Source: an uncultured Pseudomonadota bacterium
GTDB lineage: Bacteria; Pseudomonadota; Alphaproteobacteria; Rs-D84
Length of the DNA stretch: 64,000 nt
Reading direction: 5' to 3'
Assembly: GCA_902798205.1 (NCBI GenBank)
Contig: CADBVV010000007.1
Location: 6,852-70,851 of the forward strand
Positions 48,029 to 58,554 of the stretch are shown piece by piece. The notes beneath the pieces are model-generated. The model did not search any database. It was not told the origin of the DNA and saw only the letters and a list, made by a program, of their open reading frames with translations. How positions within the stretch are numbered: position 1 is the stretch's first letter; each line of letters opens with the position of its first letter. The translations under genes and the position numbers were made by a program.

Positions 48029-51000
48029 TTAGAAGTTACATCTTAATTTCAACATACCAGTTTGAGATGTGTAATCTTTACGAACATCAATATCGTAATT
48101 TAATGCTATATCCAAGTTACGATATTTCATACCCAAACCGATACCGAATTCACCACCAATACGACTTAAACGTTCACCATCCATTGTATAAGAATTAATA
48201 CCTGGCATTGTGACGGTTGCGATATTTTTATCAGACAACAAATCATATTTAAATCCGGCATTCAATTGTGGCATAAATGTTGTATATTTCCCTGCAACTA
48301 CATTAAACGCATATTTTGCACCCAATATACCTGTCAAGAAATTTGCATTATCCATATGTGTTTTTACACCAAATGAATTCGTATAATCATCGGCAGTAAC
48401 ATGGATATAACGCAATCCCAATTCTGGGGTTATACCTGTATTAAAGTTATAACCAGTCGCGACATTACCACCATATGATTTAACAGAATAATCTGCAAAT
48501 ATTGGTGTGTTGTCAATAACAGTTCCTTTTTCAGAATAATCCGATGAAGTATAATTCGCAATTGCATTCAAATACCATTGTGATGGTTTATATTGACCAT
48601 ACACAAATACAGTGTTTGAATTGATTGCTGTATCACGTGCGGATCCACTGATATCAGAATGTGCGAACGAATACCCTGCACCGATTGTCCAACGTTTGTT
48701 TATAGTTCCATCTAAACCAAGTGCGATTCCACGTGTATAACCGTTAAATGCATCTGCTTGTTTAGATCTGTTGTATAAACCTTGGGCCCAAACACCACCA
48801 GAAGTCAATTTTGCATCACCACCGTTACGACCCACAATTGGGGCAGCCATACGAGATGCCGCCAGGTTAACAATTGTGTTTTGAACAGATGTTGATACAG
48901 ATTGTGCAACAGATTCGGTTTCTGGGTGAATTGCCTTGGTTGCATATTCAACAGATGCGGTATCGCCTGAGGCCAATTTTTCTTGCAATTTCACAGACAA
49001 CTCTTTCATCTGTTTTGATGAAGAATTGGAAGCAGATTCTACAACCGCCGCAACTGCTGTCGCTGAATCTTTCGAGATTTCAGAACCAGCAACAATTTCG
49101 TCTGCTGTTTTGCTTGATGCGGTTACATCACCACCATCCCAAGACAAATTGTAAACAGAACTTACAACTTTATCAGTAAACGAAACACCTGTTTCACCAC
49201 TTGCAACGTTCCATGTCAAATCTTCGATATCAAAGTCTGCTTTTCCACCAAAGACATGATATGTACCGGTTTCGGTCATTGTTAACGCCAATTTACCATC
49301 ACCATCAAATTCTTGTGCATTGATTTGTGCATCTTCTGCACCCTTGGTCAATGTTGCAGTCATATTACCATTTAATATGATTGTATCTTGGGTAATAGAT
49401 GCGGTGCCAATATTCAATGTTGCGCCATTGGCAATCGTCAAATCACCATTACCAGTGATACCACCATTAATTGTTGTTGTTCCAGATGCAATCGTCAAAT
49501 CACCAACATTGTGGATATCATTAGCATTGTCGCCGGCCTTATTTCCAGTAAACTTGTTTATACCGGCCAAAGTCAAGACACCTTCGTTATAAATAGCGCC
49601 ACCATTTTCAGATGCAATATTAGACGTAAATGATGAATTGGTTAATTTGATATTACCAACCTTGCCATCTGCGGCATCGTTATATATTGCCCCACCATTG
49701 TATGCTTCATTTTTTGTAAATGTTGAATCAGAAATCGTTGCAAAACCTTCACCTTTCTTGTTATTCCAAACATTCGCATAAATAGCTCCACCAAACCCAC
49801 GTATATTTGCAAAGTTACTTGCAGAAACAGAATCAGATGTCGCGTCATAGATAACACCAGCTTTGTTACCAATAAATGTGCTGTTTGTAATATCAAGTTT
49901 TTCACCAACATTGTTTTGGGCGGTTGTACGCGTTGAAATTGCACCGCCTCCTAATGTTGTGTAATTGTTCTTGAATTCTGTTCCAGAAATTGTAACTAAC
50001 GATTCAGATCCCAAAGACAACGCACCAGCACCTTCCATTTGGTTTTGATTTGACACAGACATTGCAGCAAAAGCATCCGCATCATTGAATGTAGTATAAT
50101 TATTGATAAAGTGAGAATTTGTTATAGAAGATTCTGCAGATTTATCAAAAATACCAACTGCACCGTTTTCGTTTGCATGATTGTTTCTGAAAGTTGTTCC
50201 TGAAATTGTCAAAGTACTTGGCGCATTCACAACAGTTCTTATTGCTGCACCATAATCAGCAGTATTACCATCAAACAAAGAATCTGTCACTGTTAATTTT
50301 CCGGTTGAGAAAACAGCCCCCCCTGTTACAGTGGCGTTATTATCAACAAATTCACCATTGGCTATATTCATTATACCAGAATTATAAATCGCACCACCTC
50401 TGGTTGCCGTATTTTCAGTAAATGTATATGTACCATTGGTCAAATTCACTTCTGCAACCTTGCCAGCATCAGCAAAATTGTAAATCGCACCACCATTCAA
50501 TGTTGCGGTATTATTTTCAAATGTCGTTGTACCATTGATTGTTAAATATGCATTACCATCTGTATCAACAGCACGGTTCATAATTGCACCACCGTTCATC
50601 GAAGAAGTGTTTTCTGTAAATATATTTGTGCTGGTGCCATCTTCTTTGCCAATAACCATATCTGCATCGATTGGTGTATGAACGCCTTCAACCTCGTAAG
50701 ACTGGTTTGCAACCGCACCACCACCACGTTTGTGCAATTTAGCAGCAATATCTGTTCCTAATATTTTATTGCCTGTAAACGTATTGGTTGCGCCCAATAT
50801 GGACATATTTCCACCAGTGCCGAATACAGCACCACCACTGCTGGCACTGTAATCCGATGTATTATTGCTGAATGTTATATTATTTGCAATAAGGCGTGCG
50901 GCATTATCTCCTGCTGTTTGATCTTTGAAATATAAAGCCGCACCATGTGACGTAGAAGTATTATTATCAAACAATAATGATTCGCCACCTGCCAGTAAAG

Positions 51001-51955
51001 AACCACCTTTATTCATTGTGATGGCCCCATAATCTGATACAACGTTTTTGACAACTGTGCTTCCTGTGCCTTCTGGGTTCAACACCAATGTGGCACCTGG
51101 CTTTATATCTAATTTAGAACCATCAATATTAATTTCATCTGCGTTTAATGTTGTTACACCATCTGAATCAATATCTTCTGCATTTGTATAAAATCTATTT
51201 GCAGTATTCAACAATGCAGTATCCTGTTTAACAAATGTCAATTTTGAACCATTTGTCACTGAAATTTTATCAGCATTAATTGTCGAACCATCAACCACGG
51301 CATCAACATCATCAAGAGCAAGAACACCATCATTAGAAGCATCTGTATCTTTACGTGACATCACATAAACTGCACCAGCCGCACCGTTAACAGCCTCTGT
51401 CACCTTTGCTGTCAATGCATCACCTGTATACCCCAAATCAGAAAAAACTGTTGTCATAGCTGCAACTAAATTTTGATTGATAGTCTGATAGTCCGAAAAA
51501 TCATCTTTTTCACCCCAACCTATATTTGCGGCTTTTGCAATATCCATATCGGCATTAACGTCTTCATCTGGAGCTTGCCAATTAAATGCGAATTTATCAC
51601 CTTCGTCCAAACTATCTAATGTTAAAGTGATTGGACCAAAATAAGCATCACTGTTGGACAACGCAAATGATTGGCCAACCATATTATAATTTGGAAAGAC
51701 ATTATGATATTTACTAGAGACCGTACTGTCGGCCAAACGACGCCCCCCAAATGCGGCCTCGCTAGCCGCAACATGTTGACCAGCGAAAGAAACATCACCA
51801 AAAACCCATGCATTACCATCTGTATTTGGTGCAGCGGCCATTGCAGGTGTTGCAACCATTAAACCAAATGCAATTGCATTGCATAAAATACCATGACGCA
51901 GAACAGCGCGATACGCCGCAGTTAATTCTTTTAATGTGGTTTTGGATTGTTTCAT
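48029..51955 (-). CDS. Autotransporter adhesin with Pmp-like GGA(I/V)/FxxN beta-helix repeats
   Basis: Long signal peptide; about ten GGA(I/V) motifs paired with FxxN; C-terminal autotransporter barrel (GGVWAQG...) ending in Phe. Confidence 0.9.
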   Translation of the reverse strand: MKQSKTTLKELTAAYRAVLRHGILCNAIAFGLMVATPAMAAAPNTDGNAWVFGDVSFAGQHVAASEAAFGGRRLADSTVSSKYHNVFPNYNMVGQSFALSNSDAYFGPITLTLDSLDEGDKFAFNWQAPDEDVNADMDIAKAANIGWGEKDDFSDYQTINQNLVAAMTTVFSDLGYTGDALTAKVTEAVNGAAGAVYVMSRKDTDASNDGVLALDDVDAVVDGSTINADKISVTNGSKLTFVKQDTALLNTANRFYTNAEDIDSDGVTTLNADEINIDGSKLDIKPGATLVLNPEGTGSTVVKNVVSDYGAITMNKGGSLLAGGESLLFDNNTSTSHGAALYFKDQTAGDNAARLIANNITFSNNTSDYSASSGGAVFGTGGNMSILGATNTFTGNKILGTDIAAKLHKRGGGAVANQSYEVEGVHTPIDADMVIGKEDGTSTNIFTENTSSMNGGAIMNRAVDTDGNAYLTINGTTTFENNTATLNGGAIYNFADAGKVAEVNLTNGTYTFTENTATRGGAIYNSGIMNIANGEFVDNNATVTGGAVFSTGKLTVTDSLFDGNTADYGAAIRTVVNAPSTLTISGTTFRNNHANENGAVGIFDKSAESSITNSHFINNYTTFNDADAFAAMSVSNQNQMEGAGALSLGSESLVTISGTEFKNNYTTLGGGAISTRTTAQNNVGEKLDITNSTFIGNKAGVIYDATSDSVSASNFANIRGFGGAIYANVWNNKKGEGFATISDSTFTKNEAYNGGAIYNDAADGKVGNIKLTNSSFTSNIASENGGAIYNEGVLTLAGINKFTGNKAGDNANDIHNVGDLTIASGTTTINGGITGNGDLTIANGATLNIGTASITQDTIILNGNMTATLTKGAEDAQINAQEFDGDGKLALTMTETGTYHVFGGKADFDIEDLTWNVASGETGVSFTDKVVSSVYNLSWDGGDVTASSKTADEIVAGSEISKDSATAVAAVVESASNSSSKQMKELSVKLQEKLASGDTASVEYATKAIHPETESVAQSVSTSVQNTIVNLAASRMAAPIVGRNGGDAKLTSGGVWAQGLYNRSKQADAFNGYTRGIALGLDGTINKRWTIGAGYSFAHSDISGSARDTAINSNTVFVYGQYKPSQWYLNAIANYTSSDYSEKGTVIDNTPIFADYSVKSYGGNVATGYNFNTGITPELGLRYIHVTADDYTNSFGVKTHMDNANFLTGILGAKYAFNVVAGKYTTFMPQLNAGFKYDLLSDKNIATVTMPGINSYTMDGERLSRIGGEFGIGLGMKYRNLDIALNYDIDVRKDYTSQTGMLKLRCNF

Positions 51956-52093
51956 AAGGCTCTCCCTTTCTTGTTTAATTATAGCCTAGAACACAAATTT
52001 TGATCTTGCAAGTTTTTTATACACGAATGAAATCATAATATGCAAAATATTTATTTGAAAATACAAATAATATGTATATAATTACTTTCGCAT

Positions 52094-52167
52094 TGGGGCA
52101 TAGTTTAATGGTAGAACATCGGACTCTGACTCCGCTAGTGTTGGTTCGAATCCAGCTGCCCCAACCA
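52094..52167 (+). tRNA. tRNA-Gln (anticodon CTG)
   Basis: tggggcatagtttaatggtagaacatcggactctgactccg...ggttcgaatccagctgccccaacca; U1-A72 pair typical of Gln. Confidence 0.93.
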
Positions 52168-52211
52168 GAATAAAAATCAAAACACCTTTTGGTGTTTTTA
52201 TTTTTATCCAA

Positions 52212-52347
52212 GGGGCAGCTGGATACGCCAGAGCGCAGCGCATGGCGTATACGAAGATACACAATTAGAAAAATCTTAAAAAATTGAAATTCATGAAATT
52301 TTTTTGATTTTTATTATTATGTATTGAGGACGCAGCTGCCCCAACCA
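52212..52347. repeat. tRNA-linked palindromic element, copy 2
   Basis: 13-nt reverse complement of the tRNA-Gln 3' end (52212-52224); 29-nt core identical to 20378-20406; AT-rich arms; 15-nt direct copy of the tRNA 3' end (52333-52347). Confidence 0.85.
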
Positions 52348-52352
52348 AGAAT

Positions 52353-53240
52353 TCAAACATCTCGAATATGGTGCTTTATGTTGTATGCATAAATCATACC
52401 GGTAGAATTGTTTATTTTACTTGCTTTATGCGAAACAGAAAAACCAGATTCTTTTATCATCTCTATTAATGGTTTATATATTCCATCGTGATATTCCATA
52501 GCAATTGCTTGTACTGATGATAATAATGTATTTTTATATAAATCACTGATTATTTCACGTTCTGCACCTTCGCAATCTATTTTAAGCATAATATTATTTT
52601 TATCTGTGTTCAAAATTCGTTTCAATTCATCAGCCGCAGAAAACGTACATATCCTTTCCATGCTGCCTTTATTTTTACCGATAAATTTATTTTGTTTTTC
52701 CGGTATACTGGAACAGCATCCGGATATCTCGATATCATAAGGCAATTCCAGAACGGCATATTTATCTGACAAACCATAATTATACGGTATAATTTTTTTT
52801 GCAAGTTCTTGATTTAATTTTAGATTTTGCGTTCCTAAATTATATGTTGGCGCAAAAGGTTCATAAGAATAAACTGTAGTGACATTTGGGCTCTGTGCAA
52901 AATATAAACTCGCAACCCCCATATTCATACCAATATCCAAAACAGACCATTTTGCATTATGCAAATTATCAAAATGATAACAATTATCAATTATTATATT
53001 ATTAACGTGCATTATGATGTTTGTATTCAACCCAAAAATATTTATTCCGTTACCACTAACATAAATACCATCTTTTTGTTTTTTTATAACAAAATCTTTG
53101 TTAGATACTTTTTTAAAATAACAAGCTTGAATTACAGCATATCTAACTGATTTATATAGATTAAATGGCAAACAAATTTTTGCGATTGTCACGCAAGGTT
53201 TTATAACACATCTACTAAATATATCACGAAAGAGAGACAC
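52353..53240 (-). CDS. FkbM-family SAM-dependent methyltransferase
   Basis: VLDIGMNMG, SYEPF, LKIDCEGAE, AMEYH; start codon uncertain. Confidence 0.85.
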   Translation of the reverse strand: MSLFRDIFSRCVIKPCVTIAKICLPFNLYKSVRYAVIQACYFKKVSNKDFVIKKQKDGIYVSGNGINIFGLNTNIIMHVNNIIIDNCYHFDNLHNAKWSVLDIGMNMGVASLYFAQSPNVTTVYSYEPFAPTYNLGTQNLKLNQELAKKIIPYNYGLSDKYAVLELPYDIEISGCCSSIPEKQNKFIGKNKGSMERICTFSAADELKRILNTDKNNIMLKIDCEGAEREIISDLYKNTLLSSVQAIAMEYHDGIYKPLIEMIKESGFSVSHKASKINNSTGMIYAYNIKHHIRDV

Positions 53241-53441
53241 AAAATAACCTTTTTCTTTGTCTTAATCACCATTCTCTCTATCAAATGCGTGGCTTTCACT
53301 GTATCAAAAAGAATCAACAAGTCAAGTTATTAGAAATGTCTGTCAGTACCTGTAAAAGTTAAAATATTTGCAGCCGAGTTTAATTTTAGTTCTATGTTGT
53401 TCTTAATTTTTATTATTGTCTATCAAGGAAACACTGCTGCC

Positions 53442-54176
53442 CTATTCAAACAACTTCAATTCATCAAAATCATCATGTGTGGCATTTTTTATCAATTTCA
53501 TATCTGATTCTGCCAACCATGTTTTTGCCAATTCATACGGAACAATGTCATCGTGTTCACCAATAAAATGAACCTGATTCACATTTGGTAATTTTTCCAT
53601 ATTCAATGATTCGTTTAAATCTTTATCACCAAAATATTGTGTCCATTTTGTATGATTTAAAACACCAGCAACAGTTATCCATTTATCAACCTTTAATTTT
53701 GGATTCTGTTCGATTATCAATCCAGAAATCATTGCACCACCAGAATATCCAATCAGTGTTATTTTTCTATTTCCAGCAATTTGTTTTATCGCCCCACCCT
53801 GTGCCGTTATAATCTTTTGCGAAAACCGCCCCGTTGTCCAATCTGATTCATTGCAATTATTAGACATTATAAACTGACATGGGCGTGCCATATAAACAAC
53901 ATTGTCAAAATTGTCTTTGGTTGCTAAATCACGAACAAAAGTTCCATGTGGTGTTGGGTTGCTGTTTGGTTGACCATATGCATTAAAAGCATTACCGTCA
54001 CCTTCGATATATATATGTATATTGTTATTTTTTGGGTTATTTATTTTTTGCCATGTTGCAATTTCATATTCACCAGATTTAATCGGCACATAAACAAAAT
54101 CGTCTGGGGTTTTCCAATTTGTTCCGCCACACGCGCATAAAAATAAAACGATTAAAACAGACAAAAACTTTTTCAT
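53442..54176 (-). CDS. Lipoprotein with alpha/beta hydrolase fold
   Basis: Lipobox LCA-C; IYIEGDG, ARPCQ, GYSGG nucleophile elbow. Confidence 0.82.
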   Translation of the reverse strand: MKKFLSVLIVLFLCACGGTNWKTPDDFVYVPIKSGEYEIATWQKINNPKNNNIHIYIEGDGNAFNAYGQPNSNPTPHGTFVRDLATKDNFDNVVYMARPCQFIMSNNCNESDWTTGRFSQKIITAQGGAIKQIAGNRKITLIGYSGGAMISGLIIEQNPKLKVDKWITVAGVLNHTKWTQYFGDKDLNESLNMEKLPNVNQVHFIGEHDDIVPYELAKTWLAESDMKLIKNATHDDFDELKLFE

Positions 54177-54267
54177 ATTTATATTTTTACATTTTTATAA
54201 ATTTTGGTCAATGGGTCTTGGGAAAGAATTTTTTTTATGATATAATTCACAAACAAAGGATTTTATA

Positions 54268-54567
54268 ATGACAAAGGCCGTAATCGCATTAATTCTTTTA
54301 TCCATATATACTGTGTTAGAAATTGTTTCATATATGCCACAGATAATAAAAATTATAAAAACAAAATCAGCAGACGATTTAAGTTTGGCTTCGTGGGCAT
54401 CATGGGTTATTTCTGATGTGTGTTATTTAACTTATGTATTAATGGAAAGTCCTGAATTTGGCGTGATATTTACCGCGTGTTTAAGTCTGTTTTTTGTAAT
54501 AACCGTTTATGTATTAACAATATATTATCAAAGACACAATCCACGTAAAAAAATTCGTAAAAGATAG
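54268..54567 (+). CDS. PQ-loop / SemiSWEET-family transporter
   Basis: Three TM helices; YMPQIIKIIKTKSADDLS PQ motif. Confidence 0.82.
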   Translation: MTKAVIALILLSIYTVLEIVSYMPQIIKIIKTKSADDLSLASWASWVISDVCYLTYVLMESPEFGVIFTACLSLFFVITVYVLTIYYQRHNPRKKIRKR

Positions 54568-54651
54568 TTATATTTTATTCTATGGTTTTCTGGAAAAGAA
54601 ATTTTTTTGTGATATAATCGACAGCGTCAAAAACAAACAAAAGGAAAAGTT

Positions 54652-55890
54652 ATGAAAATTAAACCATTTGCAGGTGTTCGCCCACCAAAAGAAATCGCCA
54701 GCGAAGTTGCTTCACGTCCATATGACGTTTTGAATTCAGTGGAAGCAAAAGCCGAGGCCGGTGAAAAATCGCTTCTACATATTATTAAACCAGAAATTGA
54801 TTTTGATCCGATTGCTGATGAACACGAACAAAAAACTTATGATAAAGCGGTTGAAAATTTCAAATTGTGGCAAGAACGCGGCTGGTTAAAACAAGACGAA
54901 AAAGAAATGTATTATATCTATGCACAAACTATGGATGGTCGCACACAATATGGTTTGGTTGCCGCTGCAAATGTTGATGATTATATGACAAACAAAATCA
55001 AAAAACATGAATTGACCCGCAAAGACAAAGAAGACGATCGCATGATTCATGTTCGTATTCAAAATGCAAATTTGGAACCTGTGTTTTTTGCTTACCCAGA
55101 CGTTGATGAAATGAATAAATTGGTTTCTGATTGGATTGCAAATCACGAACCAGAATATGATTATGTCGCCGAAGACGGTTTTGGCCACACTTTCTGGAAA
55201 ATCGATGATGATTCTGTTAATGCACATATCACAGAAATCTTTGCAAACGTTCCTGCGTTCTATGTTGCAGACGGACACCACAGAACAGCAGCGGCTGCAC
55301 GTGTCGGATTGGAAAAGAAAGAACAAAATCCAAATCACACCGGAAATGAAGAATACAATTATTTCTTGGCTGTGATATTCCCAGAATCACAATTACACGT
55401 TATCGATTACAACCGCGTGGTCAAAGATTTGAACAGTTTGTCTGAATCTGAATTTTTGAACAAATTGTCTGAATCTTTTGATGTTGTTGAAATGGGTGCC
55501 AATATATATCATCCAAATAAATTACATAACTTTGCAATGTATCTGGGTGGCAAATGGTATTCATTAACCGCCAAACCAGGCACATATAACGACAACGATC
55601 CAATTGGTGTATTGGATGTGACAGTGTTATCAAATTTGGTATTTGATAAAATATTAAACCTGGGCGATTTACGCACATCAAAACGTATAGATTTTGTTGG
55701 TGGAATTCGTGGCCTTGGTGAATTGCAAAAACGCGTAGATTCTGGTGAAATGGCGGTTGCTTTCGCCCTGTATCCAGTCACAATGCGTCAAATTATTGAC
55801 ATTGCAGATACTGGCAATATCATGCCACCAAAGACAACATGGTTTGAACCAAAGTTGCGCAGTGGTTTGGTAATTCACAAATTGTCATAA
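54652..55890 (+). CDS. DUF1015-family protein
   Basis: SRPYDV, IKKHELTR, YVADGHHR, MPPKTTWFEPKLRSGL. Confidence 0.92.
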   Translation: MKIKPFAGVRPPKEIASEVASRPYDVLNSVEAKAEAGEKSLLHIIKPEIDFDPIADEHEQKTYDKAVENFKLWQERGWLKQDEKEMYYIYAQTMDGRTQYGLVAAANVDDYMTNKIKKHELTRKDKEDDRMIHVRIQNANLEPVFFAYPDVDEMNKLVSDWIANHEPEYDYVAEDGFGHTFWKIDDDSVNAHITEIFANVPAFYVADGHHRTAAAARVGLEKKEQNPNHTGNEEYNYFLAVIFPESQLHVIDYNRVVKDLNSLSESEFLNKLSESFDVVEMGANIYHPNKLHNFAMYLGGKWYSLTAKPGTYNDNDPIGVLDVTVLSNLVFDKILNLGDLRTSKRIDFVGGIRGLGELQKRVDSGEMAVAFALYPVTMRQIIDIADTGNIMPPKTTWFEPKLRSGLVIHKLS

Positions 55891-56032
55891 AAATAAAAAA
55901 CCGCCTTTATGGCGGTTTAATTGTTTTACAACATACCAAACAGATGCATTATTTTTAGCCCATATACAACCGCCATAAACTTGACATATTATAATATTGT
56001 ATTACTATAACGAAAAATACAAAGGCAATCAA

Positions 56033-56869
56033 ATGCTTACATTTTACAATACCAAGAAAAGACCAGATATCAAAAAATTACTTTTTGAAGAAAACACCTC
56101 TTATTATTATGCCTATTCTGGAAGCCTTGTTGTAACCAATGAAATGTTCCATATTGCCACATTAAAAAGACATCTTAGCAAAGACACAAAAGTTCTTACC
56201 GTCTCAGGATCTGGTGAACAACCATTATTTTTTAAGATATATGGTGCAAAAGATATTGTTACCTTTGATATTTCGTTCACATCATATTTATTAACATCGT
56301 TAAAAATATCTGCTGCACAAATTTTTACAACAAGCACTGAATACAATATATTTTTAAACGATTTATACACAATAAAAACATCAAATGATTTATTTGATAA
56401 ACCATATTTATCACAAGCCATACAGAACATGAGCAAAGAAAACCAATCTTATATAAGTAAAATCGTTAGATATCAACTTATATCCAGATTGCTGTATCTT
56501 AATAATTCTTGTAATTTTTATTCTTTAAACCAAGAACAATTCGATAAATTAAAAAAATCGATTGAAACAGATATCCCTTTTATTTGGACAAACATTACCA
56601 GATTATACAAAGGGATAAATAAAGAAAAATTTGATATCATCTATTATTCTAATATTTTGAGTTTTAAAGACGAAATAACTCTCAGACCTATTTTAGAAAA
56701 AACTAAGCGACATTTAACACAAAATGGCAAATTATTTTTGCTGATAGAACCTTGTAAAATTAATCAAATAACAAACGCTGTTAACGACGTTTTTCAAAAC
56801 GATTATGACAAAACAATATCTCCAAAAAAAGAATATTTTCATCAAATGATCATACAACATTCTCATTAG
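56033..56869 (+). CDS. SAM-dependent methyltransferase-like protein (DUF3419/BtaA-like)
   Basis: VLTVSGSGEQ, TFDIS, FDIIYYSNI. Confidence 0.6.
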   Translation: MLTFYNTKKRPDIKKLLFEENTSYYYAYSGSLVVTNEMFHIATLKRHLSKDTKVLTVSGSGEQPLFFKIYGAKDIVTFDISFTSYLLTSLKISAAQIFTTSTEYNIFLNDLYTIKTSNDLFDKPYLSQAIQNMSKENQSYISKIVRYQLISRLLYLNNSCNFYSLNQEQFDKLKKSIETDIPFIWTNITRLYKGINKEKFDIIYYSNILSFKDEITLRPILEKTKRHLTQNGKLFLLIEPCKINQITNAVNDVFQNDYDKTISPKKEYFHQMIIQHSH

Positions 56870-56881
56870 TGTATTTTATGT

Positions 56882-56910
56882 AAAAAAACCGCCATAAAAG
56901 CGGTTTTTTT
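56882..56910. terminator. Bidirectional intrinsic terminator
   Basis: aaaaaaaccgc-cataaaa-gcggttttttt. Confidence 0.8.
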
Positions 56911-56927
56911 AAATATAAATCATACAA

Positions 56928-57380
56928 TTAAAATGGAATATCGTCTGCGATATCTTCGATATTAACTTCTTCACGTGGTGCAGATGCCATTGGTGCAGAT
57001 TCAGACGAACCATCAACAGCCTTGGCCCCAGACAAAATAACCATTTGACCAGAATATGGATTCAAAACAACTTCGGTTGTGAAAGTATCAACACCCTGTT
57101 GGTTTTGCCATTTACGTGTACGAAGCGCACCTTCCAAATAAAGTTTTGTTCCCTTTTGCAACATACGTTCTGCAACATCAACCAAAGATGGATTGAAAAT
57201 CACAACACGATGCCATTCGGTTTGTTCTTTTTGTTCACCGGTTTGACGATCACGCCATCTGTCCGAAGTCGCCAATGAAAAAGATACAACCTTTTGTCCA
57301 GATTGCATAGTGCGAACCTGAGGTTCTTGACCAATATTACCAACCAATATTACTTTGTTTATACTTCCTGCCATATTCAT
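56928..57380 (-). CDS. ssb: Single-stranded DNA-binding protein
   Basis: NKVILVGNIG, TEWHRV, DDIPF tail. Confidence 0.97.
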   Translation of the reverse strand: MNMAGSINKVILVGNIGQEPQVRTMQSGQKVVSFSLATSDRWRDRQTGEQKEQTEWHRVVIFNPSLVDVAERMLQKGTKLYLEGALRTRKWQNQQGVDTFTTEVVLNPYSGQMVILSGAKAVDGSSESAPMASAPREEVNIEDIADDIPF

Positions 57381-57468
57381 TTCCTTTGTTTAATCTGTAA
57401 TTTAATGATTGCGAAAAAAAATCATAAATACAAGAAAAAAACGCGCCACAGAAAATGGCGCGTCAAAA

Positions 57469-58035
57469 TTATTCTTCATCCGATTCGTCTGATTCAATTT
57501 CATCTTCTTCATCAACAGCATTCAAATCGATTTCTTTTGGCACACCCAAAATATCTTCGATTTTATCGGATGCAGCATCTAAATCCATCTTGTGTAAAAC
57601 TGCAAATTCTTGTGCCATTCTTTCCAGCGCACGCAAATATAATTGACGTGCAGAAAAAGTCATTGTATCGGCCGCACTTCTGCGTTGCAAATCACGGACA
57701 ACTTCTGCCAATTTCATTGGATCGCCAGAATTAATATTTTCTTCGTATTGTGCCGCACGACGCGCCCAAATCATACGTTTTGCGCCGGCTTTACCCTTGG
57801 CAGAAGCAATTGCTTCATCCATTTTCTTGGCACTGCTTAATGGACGCAAACCAGATAATTCAGCACGATCAACCGGAACACGCAAAGTCATATGATTTCT
57901 TTCGAAATCAATAACCATCATTTTGATTTTTTGATCACCGATTGTTTGTTCTTCGACACGCAATAATTTACCAACACCCTGGGTTGGGTAAACAACATAT
58001 TGTCCCGATTTAAAATCTAATTTTTTAGTTGGCAT
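57469..58035 (-). CDS. CarD/CdnL-family RNA polymerase-binding factor
   Basis: GQYVVYPTQGVG, LRVP, WARR, AEVVRDL. Confidence 0.92.
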   Translation of the reverse strand: MPTKKLDFKSGQYVVYPTQGVGKLLRVEEQTIGDQKIKMMVIDFERNHMTLRVPVDRAELSGLRPLSSAKKMDEAIASAKGKAGAKRMIWARRAAQYEENINSGDPMKLAEVVRDLQRRSAADTMTFSARQLYLRALERMAQEFAVLHKMDLDAASDKIEDILGVPKEIDLNAVDEEDEIESDESDEE

Positions 58036-58121
58036 TTATACACACCTTTTGCGGTTACCATTCCCTCTGACAAGGTTATTATAACACAAAATTGTGAAAA
58101 AACAATTATTTGGACAAAAAA

Positions 58122-58550
58122 TTATTGTCCCAGCCCCGCAGGTGAAAAACGCCCAATATTATTAAACATTTCTTCCAATGCATTCAATTCGATTGCCGCA
58201 GGAATTGTTGTTTCGCCATCTGCCATTTTAACATCTTTTAAATCGTCATCATGTAAAACCCGGGTTTTCAATACACGACCACCCTTTACCCATGCCAAAA
58301 GCACTGTTTTATTGTCATAAGTCTTTGGGAAAGGACCACGCATATTTTCTTCGGCACTGTAATAAACCCAAACTTCATCACCGTAGATAGTGCGTGTTTG
58401 TGGATCCCCAATTTCGTCTTGTAATTGGGCGGTTGTTTTTATATTTGCAACACGCGTTTCCAAATCTTCGGGAAAAACATACCCACGATGTTTGGTCTGA
58501 AAAGTGCACGCAGCCAACCCAAACATTAATAAAATAAATAATTTTTTCAT
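58122..58550 (-). CDS. bamE: Outer membrane assembly lipoprotein BamE
   Basis: Lipobox LAA-C; HRGY, IGDP, WVYYS SmpA/OmlA pattern. Confidence 0.78.
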   Translation of the reverse strand: MKKLFILLMFGLAACTFQTKHRGYVFPEDLETRVANIKTTAQLQDEIGDPQTRTIYGDEVWVYYSAEENMRGPFPKTYDNKTVLLAWVKGGRVLKTRVLHDDDLKDVKMADGETTIPAAIELNALEEMFNNIGRFSPAGLGQ

Positions 58551-58554
58551 CAGA

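Noticed and set aside
53241-53441. Riboswitch or JUMPstart element upstream of the FkbM gene
   Set aside because: No recognisable aptamer consensus, ops/JUMPstart motif or convincing stem set was found.
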